Below, piece after piece: positions 31,670-41,347 of a DNA stretch of 64,000 nucleotides (position 1 is the first letter of the stretch; every line of letters begins with the position of its first letter). The notes below the pieces were generated by a model. It did no database searches, had not been told where the DNA came from, and saw only the letters and a list, made by a program, of their open reading frames with translations. The translations under genes were made by a program, and so were the position numbers. This DNA comes from Escherichia coli (GTDB taxonomy: Bacteria > Pseudomonadota > Gammaproteobacteria > Enterobacterales > Enterobacteriaceae). The DNA is taken from the NCBI RefSeq assembly GCF_044647545.1, contig NZ_CP172818.1. One strand, written 5' to 3'.

Positions 31670-32602
31670 ATGAGTAAGAAAATTGTTCTCGCCCTGGGCG
31701 GGAATGCGCTGGGCGATGACCTGGCCGGGCAAATGAAAGCGGTAAAAATTACTTCTCAGGCAATTGTTGATTTAATTGCCCAGGGACATGAAGTTATCGT
31801 CACTCATGGTAACGGGCCGCAGGTGGGCATGATTAACCAGGCCTTTGAAGCTGCCGCAAAAACTGAAGCGCACTCGCCAATGCTGCCGATGTCTGTCTGT
31901 GTTGCATTAAGCCAGGGTTATATTGGTTACGATCTACAAAACGCTTTAAGAGAAGAACTGCTTTCTCGGGGCATTAATAAACCTGTAGCAACGCTGGTTA
32001 CTCAGGTCGAAGTCGACGCTAACGATCCGGCATTCCTCAACCCGACCAAGCCGATCGGTTCGTTCTTTACCGAGCAAGAAGCAGAGCAACTGACAAAACA
32101 GGGTTACACTCTGAAAGAAGATGCTGGTCGCGGCTATCGTCGTGTTGTTGCTTCACCAAAACCGGTTGATATTATTGAAAAAGAGACGGTAAAAGCGCTG
32201 GTAGAAGCAGGCCAGGTAGTGATCACCGTTGGCGGTGGTGGCATTCCCGTTATTCGTGAAGGTAACCATCTGCGCGGTGCCAGTGCGGTTATCGATAAAG
32301 ACTGGGCCAGCGCCCGTTTAGCAGAAATGATTGATGCCGATATGCTGATCATTCTGACTGCGGTAGAAAAAGTGGCCATTAACTTCGGTAAAGAGAATGA
32401 ACAGTGGCTCGATCGCCTGTCATTAAGTGATGCTGAACGCTTTATCGAAGAAGGTCATTTTGCGAAAGGTTCTATGCTGCCTAAAGTGGAAGCTGCCGCC
32501 TCGTTTGCTCGCTCTCGCGCAGGTCGTGAAGCACTGATTACCGTATTGAGCAAAGCGAAAGAAGGGATTGAAGGCAAAACCGGAACGGTGATTTGTCAGT
32601 AA
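31670..32602 (+). CDS. yqeA: Carbamate kinase-like protein
   Basis: 310 aa; amino acid kinase fold, N-terminal VLALGGNAL motif typical of carbamate kinases. Confidence 0.88.
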   Translation: MSKKIVLALGGNALGDDLAGQMKAVKITSQAIVDLIAQGHEVIVTHGNGPQVGMINQAFEAAAKTEAHSPMLPMSVCVALSQGYIGYDLQNALREELLSRGINKPVATLVTQVEVDANDPAFLNPTKPIGSFFTEQEAEQLTKQGYTLKEDAGRGYRRVVASPKPVDIIEKETVKALVEAGQVVITVGGGGIPVIREGNHLRGASAVIDKDWASARLAEMIDADMLIILTAVEKVAINFGKENEQWLDRLSLSDAERFIEEGHFAKGSMLPKVEAAASFARSRAGREALITVLSKAKEGIEGKTGTVICQ

Positions 32603-32606
32603 TTTA

Positions 32607-32640
32607 GGCCGGATGGGTAATACCATCCGGCCATTTTCAT
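32607..32640 (+). terminator. Rho-independent terminator after yqeA (between convergent yqeA and yqeB)
   Basis: ggccggatgg-gtaata-ccatccggcc hairpin followed by attttcattt. Confidence 0.65.
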
Positions 32641-34266
32641 TTAAGCCACTTCCAGCACTTCTTTTGTCGCTTTAACGCCCTGATGCATCAACATCATTAA
32701 CGCCTCAAGTACGCCGCCGCCAATCGCCCGGGCTTTATCAGAAACGCTGGTGAAATCAGCCGTTTCACCACGAGGATCGATATCACCAATTTTAAAACCA
32801 CCGACCACTGCCAGTCCGTCGTTCAACAAGCCACGCACCATCCCCGTCAACGGTGCTTTAATTTCATGCTCACCAATCCAGGCAATCACATCGCCCTCTT
32901 TCACCAGATCGCCTAATTTCACGTTGGATCGCATAATGCCTGCAGCAGGAGCACGGATCACCCGTCGGGTGGTATGCCCCATAATATTGCCGGGAACACC
33001 GGTATTCTCCTGCGCACAACCAGAGTAAATCACCTGACCGAGCCAGTGCCCGCGATTTGTTTCAATTACCGCATGACAATCCTTCCCTGCAGTAAAGCCC
33101 GGCCCAAGCGCGATTGTTACTGGTGCCATATCTGCCCGCGTTCCCAAATTCTGTTTCGCCAGAATAGCGTCCACCACGCAAAGCGGTTTCAGTTCATCAA
33201 GCAATGAACAGGTGGGATCTACCATCACAGGGATGAATCCGCGTTCGGTAAGTTTCATCGCTTCCGCAGAGCTGGTTGCCAGGCGGGCGGTGACGCCTTC
33301 GACCGTCATTTCGCCATCGAACACGGCCTGGGCAAACGCCACGGTACAACGAATCACTGTCGGTTTTTCCACTTCCAACATGATCACTTTAAAACCCGCA
33401 TGATACAGACGTAGCGCTACACCACTGGCGATATCCCCCGCACCGCGAATCACCACCAGCTGGTGTCCGGAAGGATGAGAAGGCTTCATCATCAGCCCAC
33501 CCGGCGCGTTATTTTTCACCTGTAATATTTCTGCCAGCACGCTGATGGCGATCTCCTGCGGCGTTTCCGCACCTATGTTGTAACCAACGGGCGCATGTAA
33601 ACGGGCAATATGTTCTTCAGCCACGCCTTTCTCACGCAATTGACGCAGGAAAAGCTGAACCTTGCGACGACTTGCCAGCAACCCCAGCCATGCAATGGGC
33701 TGTTCAATGAGTTTGTCGAGGGCTTCACGATCCTGATTATTCGTGGCAATCAGGACAAAATTATCAGGGCGAATATCCAGTGCTTCCACTGCCGCACCAA
33801 ACGACTCAGCATAGAGAAGCGTGGTTGATGGTGGGAATAGTTCAGGATTGAGGCTTTCGCGATAAATATCAGCAACGGCAATATCAAATCCTAATAGCGC
33901 CGCACTCTGGGCTATCGCCCGGTTGACATGCCCCGCGCCAATCAACACCAGACGTGGACGCATACCATGGACGCTGATAAATACTGACATTGCACCTCCA
34001 CAATCTGACCCGACAGCATCCGCACCGTTACGAGCCATACGTCCATGGAATAATCGCGGCTTACGTTCCTGCAATGCCTGAAGCGACTCTTCAATCACCT
34101 TCCGCTCAACCATTCCGCCACCAATTGTACCGACGATAGAGCCATCGGCGCGCACTAACATTTGTGCAGAATGGCGGGGAGTCGAGCCTCGGCTATCAAC
34201 AATTTGCGCCATCGCAAACGGACAATTTTGCTCTTCGAGTTTTGCAGCCTCTGTGAAAATATTCAT
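32641..34266 (-). CDS. yqeB: Selenium-dependent molybdenum hydroxylase accessory protein (XdhC/CoxI-like)
   Basis: 541 aa; matches YqeB, a reported marker of the labile-selenium molybdenum hydroxylase trait. Confidence 0.88.
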   Translation of the reverse strand: MNIFTEAAKLEEQNCPFAMAQIVDSRGSTPRHSAQMLVRADGSIVGTIGGGMVERKVIEESLQALQERKPRLFHGRMARNGADAVGSDCGGAMSVFISVHGMRPRLVLIGAGHVNRAIAQSAALLGFDIAVADIYRESLNPELFPPSTTLLYAESFGAAVEALDIRPDNFVLIATNNQDREALDKLIEQPIAWLGLLASRRKVQLFLRQLREKGVAEEHIARLHAPVGYNIGAETPQEIAISVLAEILQVKNNAPGGLMMKPSHPSGHQLVVIRGAGDIASGVALRLYHAGFKVIMLEVEKPTVIRCTVAFAQAVFDGEMTVEGVTARLATSSAEAMKLTERGFIPVMVDPTCSLLDELKPLCVVDAILAKQNLGTRADMAPVTIALGPGFTAGKDCHAVIETNRGHWLGQVIYSGCAQENTGVPGNIMGHTTRRVIRAPAAGIMRSNVKLGDLVKEGDVIAWIGEHEIKAPLTGMVRGLLNDGLAVVGGFKIGDIDPRGETADFTSVSDKARAIGGGVLEALMMLMHQGVKATKEVLEVA

Positions 34267-34313
34267 ACCAACCTCAATGGATATCCTTTCAGTAACCCGG
34301 AATACCCGGGCCG

Positions 34314-35084
34314 CTAATTCACAAATCTGCGCGCGATTGCAGGATGTTCTTGTATATCGCCCAGCCAGATTGCCTCTACGTTGTGTTGTTGCAGCGGTTG
34401 AAGGAGCTCGCTTTGCGCAATCGCATTCTCACATTGAGAAAAACGGTTAATGAACCAGACTCGCCGACAACCTTGCGGTACGTTTTTAAACGCCCCCTGA
34501 GGGTGGCGAACCAGCGCAACGAGATCGCTCAGTTGCAAGGGTGCATCAGGTGTTAACCCAGTAATATCAGCAAACTGCGACCAGCGATGGACATTTTCTG
34601 TGCTCACTTTCGCACCCAAAATATGTCCTCCCATCACAGCAATCACGCAGCAACTGCTTTTAGGTATGCAAGGTTCGTGCTCATCAGGCGCTTTTAACGG
34701 CATTCCACGCGAGCCATCTGCTTCAATGAGAATTACGTCACACTCTGGTCGTTGTACCAGTGCATCAATCGCTTCTGGCGTAAATCCCTGCACTTTTCCC
34801 TGATTCGCTTTCCAGCTGTGAAAACAAAATGAAATGGGGGATATAAAAGACGCATGAGGAAGCATGGCGGGATCACGACAGAAAACCACGGGCCAGTGAG
34901 ATGTTGGCATAAACATATGTGTCGTCGTAGTGATTAATACACGCCTGCCGCTCGCCTGGAACAGTTCTGCCAGCCAAAAAAGCAAGCTGGTTTTCCCCCC
35001 AGCACCAACAACAGAAATCACAGTGGGACGTTTCTGCGCGCCTAAATCAATGAATAATGCCGATGGGTCAATTATACTTTTCAC
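34314..35084 (-). CDS. yqeC: Selenium-dependent hydroxylase accessory protein, predicted P-loop NTPase
   Basis: 256 aa; Walker A-like VVGAGGKTS near N-terminus; matches YqeC. Confidence 0.85.
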   Translation of the reverse strand: MKSIIDPSALFIDLGAQKRPTVISVVGAGGKTSLLFWLAELFQASGRRVLITTTTHMFMPTSHWPVVFCRDPAMLPHASFISPISFCFHSWKANQGKVQGFTPEAIDALVQRPECDVILIEADGSRGMPLKAPDEHEPCIPKSSCCVIAVMGGHILGAKVSTENVHRWSQFADITGLTPDAPLQLSDLVALVRHPQGAFKNVPQGCRRVWFINRFSQCENAIAQSELLQPLQQHNVEAIWLGDIQEHPAIARRFVN

Positions 35085-35187
35085 GCGTCTTTATGGACCT
35101 CTCTGGGATAAATTATCCCCAACTTAATCCATCAGGAAGTAACGCAATTATCAGGCGTTATTAGCCCCTATAAATAATGGAACCACT

Positions 35188-35766
35188 ATGTCAGCCATCG
35201 ACTGTATAATTACCGCTGCCGGATTATCATCAAGAATGGGGCAATGGAAAATGATGTTACCCTGGCAACAGGGAACAATTCTTGATGCAAGTATCAAAAA
35301 TGCGTTGCAGTTTTGTAGCCGAATTATTTTAGTCACCGGCTATCGTGGTAATGAACTGCACGAACGTTATGCGAACCAGAGTAATATCACTATTATCCAC
35401 AACCCAGATTATGCGCAGGGTTTACTGACATCAGTAAAGGCCGCAGTACCCGCGGTGCAAACAGAACATTGTTTTCTCACCCACGGTGACATGCCAACCC
35501 TCACCATCGATATTTTTAGAAAAATCTGGCCGTTACGTAATGATGGCGCAATACTGCCACTCCATAATGGCATCCCCGGCCATCCGATTTTAGTGTCAAA
35601 ACCATGCCTGATGCAGGCAATCCAGCGACCCAATGTCACCAATATGCGTCAGGCACTCCTTATGGGAGAACATTATTCCGTCGAAATAGAAAATGCAGAA
35701 ATAATTTTAGATATTGATACTCCTGACGACTTTATTACAGCGAAGAAAAGGTATACTGAAATTTAG
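35188..35766 (+). CDS. mocA: Molybdenum cofactor cytidylyltransferase
   Basis: 192 aa (ygfJ); MobA-like nucleotidyltransferase fold (AIDCIITAAGLSSRMG). Confidence 0.88.
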   Translation: MSAIDCIITAAGLSSRMGQWKMMLPWQQGTILDASIKNALQFCSRIILVTGYRGNELHERYANQSNITIIHNPDYAQGLLTSVKAAVPAVQTEHCFLTHGDMPTLTIDIFRKIWPLRNDGAILPLHNGIPGHPILVSKPCLMQAIQRPNVTNMRQALLMGEHYSVEIENAEIILDIDTPDDFITAKKRYTEI

Positions 35767-36087
35767 AAAACGTAGTTAAACGATTGCGTTCAAATATTTA
35801 ACCCCTCCTGTACTCTTTATCATAATGATAAGGAATCACTGATTTTGAGAAAAGAGAAAAAGTGATAAATGGGCTGGCAATAATAATTTTCAGGAGTGAT
35901 TTTAATTCTCATTTGGCACCTGTGAGTTCATTCACAAAAAGCCATTAAGTTTCGAGCCGCCTCACATTTTTTTATATTTCCCGCCAAACCTGGCAAGAGT
36001 GGTGCGATTGTTGCTCTATCCCCCTAAACCACCGGATTTCTCAACACCGGTCACTCAATGATATCTGTATAAGCTAAGGAGAGGGTT

Positions 36088-39000
36088 ATGGGGGATATTA
36101 TGCGTCCCATTCCGTTTGAGGAACTTTTGACGCGCATATTTGATGAATACCAACAACAACGCTCAATCTTTGGTATTCCCGAGCAACAGTTTTACTCACC
36201 CGTAAAAGGTAAAACTGTTAGCGTCTTCGGTGAAACCTGTGCCACTCCCGTCGGCCCTGCCGCTGGTCCGCACACGCAGCTCGCGCAAAATATTGTCACT
36301 TCCTGGCTGACTGGCGGACGCTTCATCGAACTAAAAACCGTCCAAATTCTTGACCGCCTGGAGCTGGAAAAGCCCTGTATCGATGCCGAAGACGAGTGCT
36401 TTAACACCGAATGGTCTACCGAATTTACCCTGCTTAAAGCCTGGGATGAATACCTCAAAGCCTGGTTTGCCCTGCACCTTCTCGAAGCGATGTTCCAGCC
36501 TTCTGATTCCGGTAAATCGTTCATCTTTAATATGAGCGTCGGTTACAACCTCGAAGGTATTAAGCAACCGCCGATGCAACAGTTCATCGACAATATGATG
36601 GACGCATCTGACCATCCGAAATTCGCTCAATATCGCGATGCACTTAATAAGCTACTCCAGGATGAGGCATTTTTAGCCCGCCACGGATTGCAGGAAAAAC
36701 GCGAAAGCTTGCAAGCCTTACCCGCTCGCATCCCCACCAGCATGGTACAAGGTGTTACCCTCTCCACCATGCACGGCTGTCCTCCGCATGAAATCGAAGC
36801 CATTTGTCGCTACATGCTGGAAGAAAAAGGACTCAACACCTTTGTGAAACTTAACCCGACCTTACTGGGGTATGCGCGTGTTCGTGAGATCCTCGATGTC
36901 TGCGGTTTCGGTTACATAGGCTTAAAAGAAGAGTCATTTGATCACGACCTCAAGCTGACGCAAGCGCTGGAAATGCTGGAACGCCTGATGGTACTGGCAA
37001 AAGAAAAATCACTCGGCTTTGGCGTAAAACTGACTAACACTCTCGGCACCATCAACAATAAAGGCGCACTGCCTGGTGAAGAGATGTATATGTCAGGCCG
37101 TGCGCTGTTCCCGCTCTCCATCAATGTTGCAGCAGTTCTCTCTCGCGCCTTTGACGGCAAACTGCCCATTTCTTATTCCGGTGGTGCCAGTCAGCTGACT
37201 ATCCGCGATATTTTTGATACTGGTATTCGCCCTATTACTATGGCAACCGACCTGCTGAAACCTGGCGGCTATCTGCGCTTAAGTGCCTGCATGCGCGAGC
37301 TGGAAGGCTCCGACGCCTGGGGGCTTGACCATGTTGACGTCGAACGACTGAACAAACTGGCAGCAGACGCGTTAACCATGGAATACACTCAGAAACACTG
37401 GAAGCCAGAAGAGCGTATTGAAGTGGCAGAAGACCTGCCGCTGACCGACTGCTACGTTGCACCGTGCGTTACTGCTTGCGCCATTAAACAGGATATTCCG
37501 GAATACATCCGTCTGCTTGGCGAACACCGCTATGCCGACGCACTGGAACTCATCTACCAACGCAACGCCCTGCCCGCCATTACCGGTCATATTTGCGATC
37601 ACCAGTGCCAATACAACTGTACCCGCCTGGATTACGACAGTGCGCTGAATATCCGCGAACTGAAAAAAGTCGCGCTGGAAAAAGGTTGGAATGAATATAA
37701 GCAACGCTGGCACAAACCAGCCGGTTCTGGTTCACGCCATCCGGTTGCCGTGATTGGTGCAGGTCCGGCGGGTCTGGCAGCAGGTTACTTCCTTGCCAGA
37801 GCGGGCCATCCGGTTACGCTGTTTGAACGCGAAGCCAATGCGGGCGGCGTGGTGAAAAATATCATTCCTCAGTTCCGTATTCCTGCAGAGTTAATTCAGC
37901 ACGATATCGATTTTGTTGCCGCTCACGGCGTGAAATTTGAGTATGGCTGCTCACCCGATCTGACCGTTGAACAGTTAAAAAATCAGGGCTTCCACTATGT
38001 TCTGATTGCCACCGGCACTGATAAAAATAGCGGTGTGAAACTGGCGGGCGACAACCAAAATGTCTGGAAATCACTCCCCTTCCTGCGTGAATACAACAAG
38101 GGCACAGCGCTCAAGCTGGGCAAACATGTGGTCGTTGTCGGGGCGGGTAACACCGCAATGGACTGCGCTCGTGCGGCGTTACGCGTTCCAGGCGTAGAAA
38201 AAGCAACGGTCGTTTACCGTCGTTCACTGCAAGAGATGCCAGCATGGCGCGAAGAGTATGAAGAAGCGTTGCACGACGGCGTGGAGTTCCGTTTTCTGAA
38301 TAATCCGGAACGTTTCGATGCTGATGGCACCTTAACCTTGCGCGTTATGTCGCTTGGCGAACCTGATGAGAAAGGTCGTCGCCGTCCGGTTGAAACCAAC
38401 GAAACAGTAACGCTGCATGTAGACAGCCTGATCACCGCCATTGGTGAACAGCAGGATACTGAAGCCCTGAATGCAATGGGCGTGCCGCTGGACAAAAACG
38501 GCTGGCCAGACGTCGACCATAATGGCGAAACGCGTCTGACTGACGTCTTTATGATCGGCGACGTACAGCGCGGACCATCCTCCATTGTCGCTGCTGTCGG
38601 AACCGCGCGTCGGGCGACCGATGCAATCCTGAGTAGGGAAAATATCCGTTCCCACCAGAACGATAAATACTGGAACAACGTCAATCCGGCGGAAATCTAT
38701 CAACGTAAAGGCGATATCTCTATCACTCTGGTGAACAGTGACGATCGTGACGCGTTTGTCGCCCAGGAAGCCGCACGCTGCCTTGAATGTAACTACGTTT
38801 GCAGCAAGTGTGTGGATGTCTGCCCGAACCGCGCCAACGTCTCCATTGCGGTTCCTGGCTTCCAGAACCGTTTCCAGACGCTGCATCTCGATGCCTACTG
38901 CAACGAATGCGGCAACTGCGCCCAATTCTGCCCGTGGAACGGTAAACCGTACAAAGACAAAATCACCGTCTTCAGCCTGTCGCAAGACTTTGATAACAGC

Positions 39001-39186
39001 AGCAACCCAGGCTTCCTTGTGGAAGATTGCCGGGTACGAGTACGTCTGAATAACCAAAGCTGGGTGTTAAACATCGACAGCGAAGGTCAGTTCAACAACG
39101 TACCACCGGAGCTGAACGATATGTGCCGCATTATTAGCCATGTCCACCAGCATCATCATTATCTGCTGGACCGCGTGGAGGTGTAA
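36088..39186 (+). CDS. ygfK: Large Fe-S flavoprotein oxidoreductase (putative selenate reductase subunit)
   Basis: 1032 aa; FAD/NAD(P) Rossmann motif ([14 protein letters not shown]), C-terminal 4Fe-4S ferredoxin-type cysteine clusters. Confidence 0.88.
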   Translation: MGDIMRPIPFEELLTRIFDEYQQQRSIFGIPEQQFYSPVKGKTVSVFGETCATPVGPAAGPHTQLAQNIVTSWLTGGRFIELKTVQILDRLELEKPCIDAEDECFNTEWSTEFTLLKAWDEYLKAWFALHLLEAMFQPSDSGKSFIFNMSVGYNLEGIKQPPMQQFIDNMMDASDHPKFAQYRDALNKLLQDEAFLARHGLQEKRESLQALPARIPTSMVQGVTLSTMHGCPPHEIEAICRYMLEEKGLNTFVKLNPTLLGYARVREILDVCGFGYIGLKEESFDHDLKLTQALEMLERLMVLAKEKSLGFGVKLTNTLGTINNKGALPGEEMYMSGRALFPLSINVAAVLSRAFDGKLPISYSGGASQLTIRDIFDTGIRPITMATDLLKPGGYLRLSACMRELEGSDAWGLDHVDVERLNKLAADALTMEYTQKHWKPEERIEVAEDLPLTDCYVAPCVTACAIKQDIPEYIRLLGEHRYADALELIYQRNALPAITGHICDHQCQYNCTRLDYDSALNIRELKKVALEKGWNEYKQRWHKPAGSGSRHPVAVIGAGPAGLAAGYFLARAGHPVTLFEREANAGGVVKNIIPQFRIPAELIQHDIDFVAAHGVKFEYGCSPDLTVEQLKNQGFHYVLIATGTDKNSGVKLAGDNQNVWKSLPFLREYNKGTALKLGKHVVVVGAGNTAMDCARAALRVPGVEKATVVYRRSLQEMPAWREEYEEALHDGVEFRFLNNPERFDADGTLTLRVMSLGEPDEKGRRRPVETNETVTLHVDSLITAIGEQQDTEALNAMGVPLDKNGWPDVDHNGETRLTDVFMIGDVQRGPSSIVAAVGTARRATDAILSRENIRSHQNDKYWNNVNPAEIYQRKGDISITLVNSDDRDAFVAQEAARCLECNYVCSKCVDVCPNRANVSIAVPGFQNRFQTLHLDAYCNECGNCAQFCPWNGKPYKDKITVFSLSQDFDNSSNPGFLVEDCRVRVRLNNQSWVLNIDSEGQFNNVPPELNDMCRIISHVHQHHHYLLDRVEV

Positions 39187-39188
39187 TC

Positions 39189-40517
39189 ATGTTGATTCTG
39201 AAGAATGTCACCGCAGTGCAGTTACACCCGGCGAAAGTGCAGGAAGGCGTTGATATCGCCATCGAAAATGATGTGATTGTCGCTATCGGCGATGCCCTGA
39301 CGCAACGCTACCCCGATGCCAGCTACAAAGAGATGCATGGTCGGATTGTGATGCCGGGAATTGTCTGCTCGCATAACCATTTTTACTCGGGACTTTCCCG
39401 CGGAATTATGGCAAATATCGCCCCCTGCCCGGATTTCATCTCAACGCTGAAAAATCTCTGGTGGCGGCTCGATCGCGCCCTTGATGAAGAGTCGCTCTAT
39501 TACAGCGGACTGATTTGTTCCCTGGAAGCGATTAAGAGCGGATGTACATCGGTTATCGATCACCATGCCTCTCCAGCCTATATCGGCGGGTCACTCTCCA
39601 CATTGCGCGACGCATTTTTAAAAGTTGGCCTGCGCGCGATGACCTGTTTTGAAACTACTGACCGTAACAGCGGCATCAAAGAGTTGCAGGAAGGTGTAGA
39701 AGAAAACATCCGCTTCGCCCGTCAGATTGATGAGGCGAAGAAAGCAGCAACCGAGCCGTATCTGGTGGAAGCACATATCGGCGCTCACGCGCCGTTTACC
39801 GTGCCGGATGCCGGTCTGGAGATGCTGCGTGAAGCCGTGAAAACCACAGGTCGTGGTTTGCATATTCACGCTGCGGAAGACCTTTACGACGTTTCCTACA
39901 GTCACCACTGGTACGGCAAAGACCTACTGGCACGACTGACGCAATTCGATCTCATCGACAGCAAAACGCTGGTCGCTCATGGGCTGTACTTGTCGAAAGA
40001 TGACATCACCCTACTCAATCAGCGCGATGCGTTCCTGGTGCATAACGCCCGTTCAAACATGAACAACCATGTCGGCTACAACCATCACCTTAGCGACATC
40101 CGCAATCTGGCGTTGGGAACGGACGGCATTGGTTCGGACATGTTTGAAGAGATGAAATTTGCCTTCTTTAAACATCGCGATGCGGGTGGCCCGCTGTGGC
40201 CTGACAGTTTTGCCAAAGCACTGGCTAACGGCAACGAACTGATGAGCCGCAACTTTGGCGCGAAATTTGGGCTTCTGGAAGCCGGTTACAAAGCCGATTT
40301 AACCATTTGCGATTACAACTCGCCGACGCCGCTGCTGGCAGACAATATCGCCGGGCATATCGCTTTCGGTATGGGCTCAGGCAGCGTTCACAGCGTGATG
40401 GTCAATGGTGTGATGGTCTATGAAGACCGTCAGTTTAACTTCGATTGCGATTCCATTTATGCGCAAGCCAGAAAAGCCGCTGCCAGTATGTGGCGTCGGA
40501 TGGATGCGCTGGCATAA
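39189..40517 (+). CDS. ssnA: Amidohydrolase-superfamily protein (chlorohydrolase/aminohydrolase-like)
   Basis: 442 aa; HxH metal motif (CSHNHF); begins 3 nt after ygfK stop. Confidence 0.88.
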   Translation: MLILKNVTAVQLHPAKVQEGVDIAIENDVIVAIGDALTQRYPDASYKEMHGRIVMPGIVCSHNHFYSGLSRGIMANIAPCPDFISTLKNLWWRLDRALDEESLYYSGLICSLEAIKSGCTSVIDHHASPAYIGGSLSTLRDAFLKVGLRAMTCFETTDRNSGIKELQEGVEENIRFARQIDEAKKAATEPYLVEAHIGAHAPFTVPDAGLEMLREAVKTTGRGLHIHAAEDLYDVSYSHHWYGKDLLARLTQFDLIDSKTLVAHGLYLSKDDITLLNQRDAFLVHNARSNMNNHVGYNHHLSDIRNLALGTDGIGSDMFEEMKFAFFKHRDAGGPLWPDSFAKALANGNELMSRNFGAKFGLLEAGYKADLTICDYNSPTPLLADNIAGHIAFGMGSGSVHSVMVNGVMVYEDRQFNFDCDSIYAQARKAAASMWRRMDALA

Positions 40518-40567
40518 ATAACAGCTCCCCTCTTCTTTCAGAGAAGAGGGGAAATTAAGGAAAGACG

Positions 40568-41347
40568 ATGATTGAACAATTTTTCAGACCCGACTCTGTC
40601 GAACAAGCGCTGGAACTGAAGCGCCGCTACCAGGATGAAGCCGTCTGGTTCGCCGGGGGCAGTAAACTCAACGCCACACCAACCCGTACCGATAAAAAGA
40701 TTGCCATATCCTTACAGGATCTGGAACTGGACTGGGTTGACTGGGATAACGGTGCATTGCGGATTGGCGCGATGTCTCGCTTGCAAACACTGCGTGATGC
40801 ACGGTTTATTCCTGCAGCACTGCGTGAGGCTCTCGGCTTTGTCTACTCTCGCCATATTCGTAATCAGTCGACCATTGGTGGTGAAATCGCCGCCCGGCAG
40901 GAAGAGTCGGTGCTGCTTCCCGTCCTGCTGGCACTGGATGCTGAACTGGTTTTTGGCAACGGCGAAACGCTGTCAATCGAGGACTACCTGACCTGCCCAT
41001 GCGATCGCCTGCTAACCGAAATTATCATTAAAGATCCGTATCGCACCTGTGCGACCCGCAAAATTAGCCGTTCTCAGGCTGGGTTAACGGTAGTAACGGC
41101 AGCCGTTGCGTTAACCGATCACGACGGTATGCGAATTGCGTTGGATGGCGTGGCCAGTAAAGCACTGCGTCTGCACGATGTCGAAAAACAAAACCTGGAA
41201 GGCGATGCCCTTGAACAGGCTGTCGCCAACGCCATTTTCCCGCAGGAAGATTTGCGGGGCAGCGTGGCCTATAAACGCTATATCACGGGAGTTCTGGTAG
41301 CCGACCTGTATGCCGACTGCCAACAGGCTGGGGAGGAAGCCGTATGA
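40568..41347 (+). CDS. ygfM: FAD-binding subunit of a molybdopterin-dependent dehydrogenase
   Basis: 259 aa; CO dehydrogenase flavoprotein-like; 4-nt overlap with xdhD. Confidence 0.85.
   Translation: MIEQFFRPDSVEQALELKRRYQDEAVWFAGGSKLNATPTRTDKKIAISLQDLELDWVDWDNGALRIGAMSRLQTLRDARFIPAALREALGFVYSRHIRNQSTIGGEIAARQEESVLLPVLLALDAELVFGNGETLSIEDYLTCPCDRLLTEIIIKDPYRTCATRKISRSQAGLTVVTAAVALTDHDGMRIALDGVASKALRLHDVEKQNLEGDALEQAVANAIFPQEDLRGSVAYKRYITGVLVADLYADCQQAGEEAV

Noticed and set aside
35881-35910. Possible sigma-54 promoter upstream of ygfK (tttggcacctgtgagttca)
   Set aside because: Has TGGCAC but no TTGC-like -12 element at the correct spacing.
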